From positions 174,794,897 to 174,858,896 of the forward strand of contig NC_085845.1 of assembly GCF_035594765.1 (NCBI RefSeq): a stretch of DNA of 64,000 nt. Direction: 5' to 3'. Position 1 is the stretch's first letter. Each line of letters starts with the position of its first letter. Position numbers and translations under genes: made by a program. The DNA comes from Anolis carolinensis. Taxonomy: Eukaryota. Below the pieces are notes generated by a model. It saw only the letters and a list, made by a program, of their open reading frames with translations. It did not search any database and had not been told where the DNA came from. This document shows positions 51,928 through 63,696 of the stretch, in pieces.

Positions 51928-52267
51928 GTAAGAAAAAAAAATATCCTACATTTGTTAGAATGCTTTGGTCACCGCAAATGCAGCTCTTTTTCATTTGGAA
52001 ATATCAAATGCCAAATTGAGAACCACATTTTTGATGCCACACTTTGCATTGACATTATCAGGTGGTCCTTAGTTGTGGACATTTCAGCTTCAAATGAGTT
52101 ACAAGAGATATTGGGTCTGTTTTGTAGAAAAGAAACACCTGGGACATCTCAAAGGTCTGGCAAAAGCCCAGAACAGAATAAATGTTCCTTTGATACTGAA
52201 ACCACGGTCTGATTGTCCCAAGCTCACCAAATATTCAGTTTGACTCCTCCATGCTTATGTCTTCCAG

Positions 52268-52418
52268 GCACGCCGTGCTCTCTGTGAGGCTGGACTGATT
52301 CAAGGGCAAAAACGACTCAGCGACTGGGCATTCAAGCCACTAGAGAATCCCATGGCATCTTCACCTTATGCTGATTATTATGAACTAGGTTACAACCTGA
52401 GGTCCAACATTTTCCAAG
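52268..52418 (+). CDS. TEX33: TEX33/CIMIP4 exon
   Basis: cag|GCACGC...CAAG|gtaat, 151 nt; ...GQKR...ADYYELGYNLRSNIFQ. Confidence 0.93.
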
Positions 52419-52939
52419 GTAATAATAATCTGTTATGGTTTGGCCCCTAATACCATTTGAATTGGCCTTGCAGTTTTGACATTACAACAATCAACTACCA
52501 ACTTTTCCTATTCTAGAGTCTGTGAATGGTCAGAAATACTACCTTAAAAAAATAAAAAACCAGGATCAGTTTACGCCAGACAAGAGAGAACTGAAATTGT
52601 ATGCCTTTGGAACAGGGTATTGGAAAGATGTAGAGCAAGAAACATTAATATTTGTGAAATGGGCAAATGGCTAGAGTGGGGCAGCCTTTAACACAGCTTT
52701 CATGTGTGGAAACAGCTGGCAATATTTTTCATGACACTTAGATAAATGATTTCCTACTAACTGCTGCAAATCCAGTGCTTGGAAATGTTACTTTTTTGGA
52801 TTTCTGTTCCCAGAATACTTCAGGCAGCATGTTTTTTCTGACTATGATGGCTGGAAAATTCTGGGAAATGTAGTTCAAATAAAAGAGCCCTATTCTTAGC
52901 TTTATCCAGTCAAACAGCTCTTAAAGACAAATAGCATAG

Positions 52940-53490
52940 GCTCCGCTGTCAATTTTTTTCAGCCGCAACATAACAGCAGCTGTCGAAACCCAAAACCCGG
53001 CTGCTTTTGGTTTCATTGGAGTGCAGGGAGGAGGCAGCTGCTAGAAAGGAAAGGATCCCAAAAGGGATCACAGGAAAGAGGGTTTCTTAAGCCTGTGCCT
53101 TAAACTTGGTCTCCTCTAAAGGGAGAAGGGAAAGGATAGCAGAAAGGGCAGAATCTTAAGGCCTTGCCTTAAACCTGGGAAGCCCCCCATTGCCACCAAT
53201 GGGCTGGACTAAAAATGAATCTTTTAGCTTCCCGGATCAAAAACGGACTTCAGTCCTCTCGAATTCAGGAGGCTCCTGAAAAACGGATCAGGTCCTCCCA
53301 CCGAAATCCGGGGCAGCGAAACAGATAAAAGTTTACTCAAGCCTACTGTTTAGAACTTGCCAATGAACATTCTTTTCATAAAAACAGTAGTTTTGTTCCT
53401 CCTGAACCAGCAAACCTTTAGCTTAGAAAACTCCAAACTGTTACTCACATTCTTTTAGCAAACCCAAGCAGTCACTTCCACCATCTTGAG
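52940..53490 (-). mobile_element. Possible L1-type LINE 5' UTR fragment
   Basis: CpG-retaining segment starting on the minus strand with a YY1-like caagatggtgg. Resembles recalled squamate L1 5' UTRs; no ORF support. Confidence 0.4.
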
Positions 53491-53600
53491 GCTTTCTTGT
53501 AGGCTATTATTTCTTGCAGATGGCAGTACTAGTACTAGTAGTAGTACTAGTAGTAACAGCAGCAGCAATAGTTTCTTCGGCCTACTTCAAGGTAGAAATC

Positions 53601-53738
53601 TTTTTGTATCAAGAGTGACTTTGAGAAACTGCAAGTTGCTTCTGGTGAGAGAGAATTGGCCGTCTGAAAGGACGTTGCCCAGGGGACACCCAGATGTTTG
53701 ATGTTTTCCCATCCTTATGGGAGGCTTCTCTCATGTCG
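53601..53738 (-). mobile_element. Anolis SINE2-type (Vingi-tailed) SINE, 5'-truncated
   Basis: A-tail at the left edge; 13-bp TSD caaggtagaaatc at 53588-53600 and 53739-53751. Confidence 0.8.
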
Positions 53739-55003
53739 CAAGGTAGAAATCAGATGCCATTAAACTGGAGATCCTAGCAATCTTAGTCAAAATAACTGGT
53801 GGTGTAGGAAGGTGTAGTCCAAATTGTGGGTAGCTACATGATCTCCATTCTTTGCCTACTAGCAGAATTGGCAGATTTGAACTGGATATTTCAGTGGAGT
53901 TTTTAGCTGCCATGTGATACTCAGTAATTCATATGTGATAGTGTACACAGAAAGCAATTACCATACTTACATAGTTACGCAGGGCTCAGTAGCAAAGAGT
54001 TCACAGAAGAACAAGCTAGGTTGTTCTACTCCATCCTCCAGTTCAACCTAAACCTTCCCATATGGACAAGGGTATATTAGTAATAAAACAAAACAAAACA
54101 AAACAAAAATCCCTTGAGATATTCTTCTTATTGGAAAACACTGAATGTTCAACTGCCTATTTATTTAAATTATTTTTACCCAACTAACCCCTAATCCTAA
54201 CTCTACACCACCTGCCAACAGGTTGCACAAGAAGAATAAGAAAGAAGACAGCTTCTTGCCTACAGGATTTAAAATCTGAAAGAAAACACAAAAAGATAAA
54301 GGACTGGGGTGGAAAGGTGATCATTATAAGCAGGCACCAGTTCTTATGCTCGATAGCATTTCTTTGAGCTTAACCTGAAAGCATTTCAGAGAGGAGAGGA
54401 ACCAAATGAGAGCTGGTCTTTCAGCATACGCTATAAAGTAGTCATGCTTTCATCTCTTCTGCAGCTTGATGGGATAGCTATTGCCAGGTGACAATTGACA
54501 TGGCTAGTTTTTCAATGGAAATTTTCTCCCAGTGTCCTCACTTTCATCCCTCTAAAGACAGCTAAAAAAATCAGTTGATTTACTTGCAAAATCACTTCTA
54601 CAAGTCCAAGGATGGGAACTTCTAGCCTGTGTGAATTCCCAACTTTCAGCCAGCTTCTCCTTGCTGTTATCTCCTATCAGTGATGGAAGATAAAATAGCA
54701 TTCACAGTAATAAAATGGGTTGTTTAAAAGTTAATGTTTTAAAAGCCTTTCAATGAGCACTGCAAGGTGAGAAACTGGGCAAGCCTTGGAAGAACTAGTC
54801 AATCTCTGTTCATAGCATGGTGTGAAGAGGGCCCTACGGAGGAAGGTCTATTAAAGAGGCAGATAGGAGCAGAATGAAATGGAGTTAGGCCAGTCAGAGG
54901 CAGGGTGAAGATGGGCATCTGAATAGAGCTTTGGGAGCTGGAGTCATAGAAAGGTTCCAGGGGTTACTTTTTTGTCTAATTGTTATACAATACATCTTTG
55001 CAT

Positions 55004-55242
55004 ATCGCTTCTGGTGTGAGAGAATTGGCCGTCTGCAAGGACGTTGCCCAGAGGATGACAGGATGTTTGATGTTTTACCACCTTTGTGGGAGGCTTCTCT
55101 CACGTCCCCACATGGGGAGCTGGAGCTGACAGAGGGAGCTCACCCGCTCTCCCTGGATTCAAACCGCCAACCTGTTGGTCAGCAGTCCTGCCAGCACAAG
55201 GGTTTAACCCATGGTGCCAAGTCACTCGTGACACGAAAAAAA
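55004..55242 (+). mobile_element. Anolis SINE2-type SINE with inverted 5' part
   Basis: Body antisense (about 55005-55218), tail plus A-run sense (55218-55242), TSD atctttgcat on both sides. Confidence 0.8.
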
Positions 55243-55654
55243 ATCTTTGCATGTTTTATTTCCTACACTTGTTTGAATGTTTTACTCTAATAACTGATAA
55301 GGAAAACTAGTCACACTTTATCAGACTGAACCTTAGTAATCAATACACTACTGTGATCACCTTGAGGCAGAAGCATTAGATCTAAAGTGGATCCTGATAG
55401 TTAGCAGGGCAAAGTGGTTCCTCCTCCCATAGTCAAATAAGTTGTAGTGAGCTACCACTTCAAAACATCAGAAATGATCACTTTCTGTAAAAAAAAAAAT
55501 CCCCTGATATAAACACGGCCACAAGAAAAAAAAATAGTGAGTTCAGACCATTCCTAAGATATATCACTATGCATGACACTTCTTTCATATTTTGAAGGAC
55601 CAGTTCTTTTTTCTCTCTCCTCCAGCCATGCCCTGGGATGCAGTTCAGAGATGA

Positions 55655-55828
<174 letters not shown>

Positions 55829-56374
55829 TAGATTTTGAGGAGATCAAAGAAAAGGAGGTCAAAAGCAAATGCTGTATCAGTCAGGTACCTTCCCTCAAAT
55901 CTGTAATATGGGGATAATAATAATACCCCAATGATTTACAGGGTTATTATAAGGATTACAAAGATAATGCTATGGATCACTCAGAAAAGAGAGCTATATA
56001 TAAATACTTAGTATTATTATAATCTAAACATTTGGATTTAACCCAGTTCAGTGCTTACAAAGCTCACATCACACGCTTGTACACATATTTAAAGAATCTT
56101 GTGCATTCTTGTTCCCATTATCGATGGGAATAATAATCCTACCACATGTGTTAATTCTCCATGACTGGTTAGAATTGCAGCATTGTTTTTATCCAAATGA
56201 TTACATGTGTAGTTGGTTTTCCTCTACCTTCAAACCACTAAACACAAATCTCTGCCTCTTGATGCCTTGACCCTTTGTCTTTATTGGCCAGGACCCAAAC
56301 TTTTCTAAAAGCAACCTTTCAATTCTAGATCTTGCAAATAGATCCATAATTTAAAAAATCCAAACTGTTTTTAA

Positions 56375-56479
<105 letters not shown>

Positions 56480-56816
56480 GAGGGCATAAAAGAGGTCTGC
56501 AAGTCCTCTGTGAAAGATATGTGTTCTCCCTACCAGTGGAATAAACGTCTTGCAGACTCTGGTTATGTGTGTTCGCTATGCATGTTGATAAAGCAGCAAG
56601 TGAAGTTGGTTCTCCAGGACAGGGAAGAAAATTTTCAGTCTAGAAGTACTTAAGGAATTCAGCTTTATTGAGGACAACATGCTCATCAACTACTCTGCAT
56701 AGGCCTAAGAGAGCTGCCATAGTTTCAGAGAAACCCAAGACAATTGTCCTGGTTTCAGTTTTTTCCCCTCCCTTTTCCCAGAGTTTTGTTCAAGTTTTCT
56801 AAAAGGGGCCATGACA

Positions 56817-58089
56817 CAGGGCCGGCCGGAGATAAATTTATATGTAAAGCGAGGGGGGAAATTGCGCCCCCCCCCCCACCGGCGCCGCGGGAGGCGTGGC
56901 CATGTGCCGCGGGAGGCACATGGCCACGCCTACCGCGGCGCCGGCGGGCCCCGCCTCCTGCTCCCTGGCCCCGCCTCTCACGTAGCGTGGGAGGCGGGGT
57001 CACGGCGAGCAGCGCGGGAGGCGGGGCCAGGGCTGGCCCCGCCTCCCGCGCAGCTCACCCCGACCCTGCCTCTCACCCAGCGTGAGAGGCGGGGCCGGGG
57101 CGCACAGGCCGGGAGGCAGGGCTCCGCCCAGACGGGGCCTTGCCTCCCGCCCCGCGCGGCCTGGGCTTTTCCAGGCAGGCCGACTGCACTGGAGGTCCCT
57201 GCAGGCCGCGATCGCGGCCTGCAGGGACCTTCGGTGCAGTCGGCCCGCCTGGTAAAGGCCAGACGGGCGAGGCTGAGCTGCGTGGGAGGCAGGGCCAACC
57301 CTGGCCCCGCCTCCCACGCAGCTCACCCCGACCCCGCCTCTCACGCAACGTGAGAGGCGGGGCCGGGGCGCACAGGCCGGGAGGCAGGGCTCCGCCCAGA
57401 CGGGGCCTTGCCTCCCGCCCTGCGCGGCCTGGGCTTTTCCAGGCAGGCCGACTGCACCGGAGGTCCCTGCAGGCCGCGATCGCGGCCTGCAGGGACCTTC
57501 GGTGCAGTCGGCCCGCCTGGTAAAGGCCAGACGGGCGAGGCTGAGCTGCGTGGGAGGCAGGGCCAACCCTGGCCCCGCCTCCCACGCAGCTCACCCCGAC
57601 CCCGCCTCTCACGCAACGTGAGAGGCGGGGCCGGGGCGCACAGGCCGGGAGGCAGGGCTCCGCCCAGACGGGGCCTTGCCTCCCGCCCCGCGCGGCCTGG
57701 GCTTTTCCAGGCAGGCCGACTGCACTGGAGGTCCCTGCAGGCCGCGATCGCGGCCTGCAGGGACCTTCGGTGCAGTCTGCCCGCCTGGAAAAGGCCAGAC
57801 GGGCAAGGCTGAGCTGCGCGGGAGGCGGGGCCAACCCTGGCCCCGCCTCCCACGCAGCTCACCCCGACCCCGCCTCTCACACAACGTGAGAGGCGGGGCC
57901 AGGGCGCACAGGCCGGCCATCCAGGGCCATCCCAGCCGGCCATGAGCTCGCTCGTCACCGAACAGGCCTTCCTGTTCGCCGGCGAGTGAGCTCATGGTCC
58001 CCGCTGGGAGGGGGGAAGCCTGACGGCGCCCCCCGGGCCCTGCGCCCGAGGCGGCCGCTGACGCGGCCGCCTAGTAACAACCGGCCCTG
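56817..58089. mobile_element. Non-autonomous hAT (Tip100-like) DNA transposon, 1273 bp, GC-rich, hairpin-packed
   Basis: TIR CAGGGCCGG...CCGGCCCTG; perfect 8-bp TSD CCATGACA at 56809-56816 and 58090-58097. Confidence 0.92.
57033..57917. repeat. 268-bp tandem array (about 3.3 copies) inside the hAT element
   Basis: Equivalent motifs recur at 57033, 57301, 57569 and 57837 with few differences. Confidence 0.95.
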
Positions 58090-59461
58090 CCATGACATAA
58101 TGAACAAAAGCACATTTCTAAATGAATAAAAAGGTAAGGCAAATTCAAATGCTTTTCACACTTGCTTTTGAGCAATGAACAGAACATTTGTCAGCTCCAC
58201 TTGCTCACGTTTCACTTTTTTCAGCTTCTTTGTGTGCCAGATATGAAGATGTTTTAAAGTCCTGGTCAATTTTTCAAAAATGCACTTTCAAAAAGTGATT
58301 TTAAAACAAAATGCTCACCCATTTGCACCAGTTAAATTCAATGGGTACAGTGGTTCCTAGTATGGAGATGGCAATGTGTTTGCCTACTCTACAGATCCTT
58401 AAGATCTCAGAAAAAAGGAAATGGCAGCCCTAATTCAGCCCTCAGGTGGTTGAATAAAGATGCCTGTTAAAGATAAAGAGGAAAACAGTAGCAGCCCTGA
58501 TTCAGAAGTCACATAGCTAAACATAGATTAAAACCCAGATTTAAAAAATTAAGCTCTAGTATTGCTGGTTTTAGATGAATGAATCTAACAGTTATTAGCT
58601 TCTCCCACATTCAGTTAAACCTTCATGTTCTTTCCATCATAAATATGAAGAGATGTGTGCATTTGGATAAATTCTTATCAACACCACAGTAACACGAAAC
58701 TTTCATTCATCTCTGATCTTCAGCATTCACACCATTTGATCTTTAGAAATCAGCAAATTTAGTTTTTTCAAGGCAGAAGGTTGATTCTTATCACCTGTTC
58801 ATATCAATAGTTGGTAGGAATTCAAAAGGTAGCAACTGGAAAACTAAATTGAACTATACAAAATTGCTAGTTTATGTGGTGGGGAAAGAATACCAAAAAA
58901 GCCAAGGTTAAAGGAAACAGAATAAGAAGAGGAAATTGCTTCCTTTTTTCAGAGAAAATATCCTCGGCAAGTAGCATTCCTAAACTCATTATAATCATCC
59001 CGTATCCATTGAACCGTTTCTCTATCTTATCTGCTGTCAAACATCTGTGTATCTCCCATACAATCTCTTACTTATTGCAAATAATTTGTGTGTATGTTCC
59101 TTGGTGGCAGCAGCTGGTAGCTTCCATGTCATCAGGGCAGTCTCTGTGTTTTAGGTTTTAAGAGACAAGTGCTTTCCAAGGTGCTGAGTGCCATTCAGGG
59201 CCTTGGATAAATGCTTTGGAATCAAACCTAGAGTGGAATCCATCAGCCAACATGTTTTTCAATAGATTATCAGTGCAGGGTGTTACTGAGGTCTTTGGAG
59301 CACTGCTATATATCATCTTGAATGTATCAGGAATGCAAGCTAGGGTATTCCTACCATGATGGCTTGGAAAGGTTTAAAAAAAACCCACAATGCCTGGGAT
59401 CCCCTGGATTCTGGGACTTGTAATCCAAAAATCACATTCTAAGCACTGCCTACCAGGTTTA

Positions 59462-59494
<33 letters not shown>
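59462..59494. repeat. (TTGA)n microsatellite
   Basis: About 8 units. Confidence 0.95.
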
Positions 59495-59495
<1 letters not shown>

Positions 59496-61903
59496 GTGCC
59501 CTCAGAATGAAGAGAATCTTATGAACAGCTAGGATCACAACTAAGAAATTGTGTCAGCACTTTTAAGTTCAGATGCACTTGGATTGTACAGCATACAGTA
59601 TAAAAACATTTCATTAAGCCACTGACAATATTGGTTTTCCAGGTCAAGCCAAAATGTTTAGATTACAGTTTCTATAACTCCTGTGCTGGAGGATCCTTAT
59701 ACAGTAGAATCTCACTTATCCAACATAAGCGGGCCAGCAGAAGGTTGGATAAGTGAATATGTTGGATAATAAGGAGGCATTAAGGAAAAGCCTACCATAG
59801 CTAATGAAGCAGGTGTGTTCTTGGATATTACTTCTTTAATATAGAAACATCCCTCCAGAATGTTAAAAAGAAGAAGAGCACAGATCTATAAGGTTCCTAC
59901 ATCACAAAACATGGAATTCAACATATTTCTGCAAACTTTTTATTCATAGCAAACAACACATGAAAAGGAGGAGACCAGGTAAGTCAAATAAGCAAAAACA
60001 TTTTGAATCTTTTAGAGACCACTTCAGATCATCTTTCAAAATGCAAGTCTTCTTTCACCAATCACCACTTTTGTTATGATTCCCATTTCAGTGGTCAAAT
60101 GTATACATCTGTCCTTGTTTATTATTCTGAGGGCAGATGCTAAGATATATCTGTTCCCTGTTTCTCTCTGTTTTGTTCTTCATGCCTCCTTATTTAGGGA
60201 TTTTGAAGGCCATTACCGCTTGCCTTTTGTAGGCAAATAATGCAAATCTACAGTGAGATTAGCTAAAATAAAAATCCATTCTTTCCCAGAGTAAACATTA
60301 TTCTATTGTTTGCTGCAAACATGCTACTACTACCTGACCAGTACACCTACACCATTCTCTGAATACCGATGCTGCTTTAAAAATGTCCAGCTACAAAGAA
60401 GACAAAGAGGGCCAGACAAGCATTTAAAAAACTTTATTAAAAGGAGATTCATGTCAGAGAGTCTTTTTTAAACTGACACGTGGCTGTATTTTGTATTGTA
60501 GGACAGTGAAGTATCTTTAAAAAAAAAACAGACATGCAACTGTGCTGCATTTTACACTACAGGCAATCCCCAAGTTATGAACAAGATAGGTTCTGTAGGC
60601 TTGTCCTTAAGTTGAATTTATTTGTAAGTCAGAATAGGTACATTTTTAAGTGTAACTCCAGCCAGAAATATATATCTTTTAGCATTGGATAGCATAGGGA
60701 AGGGTGAACACCCCTGTTGTGTTTGTTCTGTTGTTTGTGCCCTTGTTCAGAAGATTTCACTTCACTTTCTGTCTCTATGATAATAGGGTTTTGAAAAATT
60801 TGCCTTGTTGTGGAAATAAGGATTGGTGAGAAAGCTTCAGTGGAGACACCTTTTCTCCATGATAACTCTTTCAGGAGTGAATTTCCCTTCCAAGGGGTAG
60901 ATTTGTCTCGTCCCCATTCTTAACTATTTGTAAGTCAGATGTTTGTAACCCGGAGGCTTCCTTTATACAATTATACTAGCATGATTCCACTTTGAATGCT
61001 ATGGCTGTACCCTGTGGAATCCTGCAGTCTGTAGTTTGTTGAAAAAATAGACTTTTCTCATGGAGATTTCTCTCTAAATTGCAAATCCAAGGATTCCAGA
61101 GTATTGTTATGGTATTTAAACCAAATGATAGTGCTATAATTCTCTATTCTGAAAACTTGCTAAGAAAGAAGTGAGTTAGAAAAGGAAATGCCGAGAGTTA
61201 GTTTTTCAAAAAAATACAATAAATGGTATCCAACCACTTTGGGGGGATTTTGGAATTACAGCAAAGAGGGTCATAGCTGCTTGATCATCTTACGTATAAC
61301 TCATGCATCTATACCATTCACAATCTCTTTCTCCCACCCCTCTCTTGTCTCTTTCCATAACATACAAACACACAGTATCCCAAATCTGCTGATACATGTT
61401 GATAAGCCAAAAGAAGGGATTCCTTGGCTCCTCCCCACTAGAATAAGGGTAATTTTGAAGCACAAGCCCTCTTCAAGGCAATCTCTACAGAAACACTCCA
61501 TATAAGCAGCCAGCTCTGTTGAGTTAAAGTTATTTCTAGCAATTATCTTCAGCAGAAGCTGGACTTTTGTAAAGCTAACAGCTCTTGCCTAACCAAGACA
61601 CCCACCCATACCTGTACCAAATACTTTTGATTGCAATAGAGAGAGCCTATAATGATATCTTGGTCCTAGGAAAATCAGTTTCCCATTGTACTAATGTGGG
61701 AATTCCAACAAATCTTAGAACAATCCAATCCAAGTGGAGCGTCAGATGATATCAGAGTCCTTGTTCATCAAAAAGACTTAAGGCTTTAGCCCTGTGACAT
61801 CAGTTCTACTACCCTGCTATCCATCTTCTTAATGGATTGATCCAGATCAGCTGAGGAAGAGATAACATTTTTATTCTCTTCATAGTACACAAGATGGGAA
61901 AGT

Positions 61904-62981
61904 TTAAAACTCAAGTCTTGGCAGAGGTGAAATAGTTGTCTGCAGCTTGCTTCCAACAGAGTTGGCATCATCAAGAGGGTTTGTGACTTTGGAGCCTGTT
62001 TCTGAAAAGCCATGTCCCAGAGTTCCCTTGGGATTCTTGAGGGGTTCGTTGTTTAACTTGAAGCTAGGAAAGAAGCAGTAATCTCCCACTTGGCTTAAGA
62101 AAATGGGGCTCTTGTTGTCAGGGTTGAATATAAAAAATCCCTTGTTGTGCTTGGGTTCCTCGGTGGAGAGACCAAGTCCTTCCTTCAGTGTAGATCCTGG
62201 GGTTGCAGGAAGGCTCATCACATAGTCGTCAAATGCTTTGGGGGGTGTTACTGAAGGAATAGCTAGCATTTGTCCCTTTGTTGGTAGCACAGTGTCTGGT
62301 TTCTTCTGATCCATCATTGAGCTTGAGAGATCTGCACTTGTTTCTGGCACATCTGTGGCCATCCTACTGCAGGCAGGCATCTCTTTCTCTGAGGCCACTA
62401 CAGGTATCAAATGTAAAGAGCCCTCTACTTGGCTCACTGGTAAATTTTCAGTCGCAATGTAATCCAATGGTCCATTTTGACCAGAGTTGTTTGTACCAGG
62501 AAGATGTTGTGTTCCCCTTGTTTTGTTGTCTTCTTTCACATATGTATCCCTTTGAGATCCTTCTTGTCTTTTCAGAAGTTGCTGCTTCTTTTCCCCCTGC
62601 CCATCACTTATTGTAAGAAAAGATGGAACTGCCTCTTTCTCTTTCTCTACTGGTAGCTGCTGGGGGTACAAGCAATGGGGCAATTTCATATGCTTCAAAG
62701 ACATATATATTTCTGTTTTTTTTGATGGTACAATTTGCACATCCTGTGAAACATCACGTACAGAAGATTCTGGTGGAAGGTGTAAGTATGGGCCATCATA
62801 ATCAAAGATCTGAACCTGGTGACTACTGTGTATTGCCTTTTCAACACTTTGAGTCAAAAATTGGCCAGCTTTGCTTACATTTGGAAGTTTGATTTCTTCC
62901 ATATCCTGAGAGACAAGTGAATGCTGTTCTGTTTTCCTTGACTCAGCTGGAAGAGACTCTGGATGGGTCACTGGCATTTCC
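61904..62981 (-). CDS. CSF2RB: Cytokine receptor common beta chain (CSF2RB or a tandem paralog), last exon, cytoplasmic tail
   Basis: ctgccgcag|GGAAATG, phase 2. FDYDGPYL, FDDYVMSLP and LSQVGDYCFFP match recalled human FDFNGPYL, FEGYVELP and QQVGDYCFLP. Convergent with TEX33 as in mammals. Confidence 0.85.
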
Positions 62982-63607
62982 CTGCGGCAGAGAAATAAAT
63001 GACACAATGTCAGTCAATACATAGAGATTGTCGAACAGAACACTCGAAGACTGAGGTGAAAGATGAAACCAAAAAGGACAATTTCTGGAAGAGTGGGTGT
63101 GGTTTCCTTGAGAGAATGCCAAGATAAAAGAGTTTTTCAAGAGACCCATGTGGGCAAAGAATGGATTTTTAAAATAGTTTTAGTGATGTCACTGCAAATT
63201 TTGAACACCTGAAATGTTGATTTATTGATAGTTTCTTGTTTTGCACTTCTGCAATTGTGCAATTTTCAAAAAAAAATATAAGAGGAATTGAATGGGAGGA
63301 GACAACAGCCACTCATGTAATGAGGAAAGAATCACAATTTAGCTAGAAAAGGGTGGACGGGATCTTGTATGATGGAGGTGAATAAATTCGCCATCTTCTT
63401 AAAAAACGAAACACCACATAATGCCATGCAAAGAATATGATTCCATACACTCCCCTCGCCCTTTGTGGGAAGAAATCTTAAGGAGCATTACAGTGATGTT
63501 TTTGGAACCCCAACTTTGAGCTAAAGGGGCCACCTTTGGGGTTGAGACTCACAGTTTAAGAAGTAATGCTTTAAACAAGAGTAGATATCTCAGCTTTGTA
63601 TGCTCAC

Positions 63608-63696
63608 CTTTCCAATATCTTGGTATAGTCAAACCCTTGCAACTTTGAAGAGCTCTGTCTACTACTGTCTTCCAAGCCATCTGATAATTCTACTTT
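63608..63696 (-). CDS. CSF2RB: CSF2RB penultimate exon
   Basis: ttttcag|AAAGTA...GAAAG|gtgag, 89 nt, phase 0 in and phase 2 out, joins the last exon in frame. Confidence 0.75.

Noticed and set aside
57033-57917. CRISPR-like array of palindromic repeats
   Set aside because: The sequences between palindromes are near-identical rather than unique spacers, the context is vertebrate, and there are no cas genes.
56744-57995. Many long overlapping ORFs (up to 253 aa) on both strands
   Set aside because: They arise from stop-poor, GC-rich palindromic tandem repeats. The peptides are low-complexity and have no recognisable domain.
56817-58089. Vector/polylinker contamination or an AAV-type ITR (FseI, SbfI, AsiSI and NotI sites, branched hairpins)
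   Set aside because: Genuine TIRs, a perfect 8-bp TSD and small differences between units indicate a natural transposon. No rep/cap or vector sequence is present.
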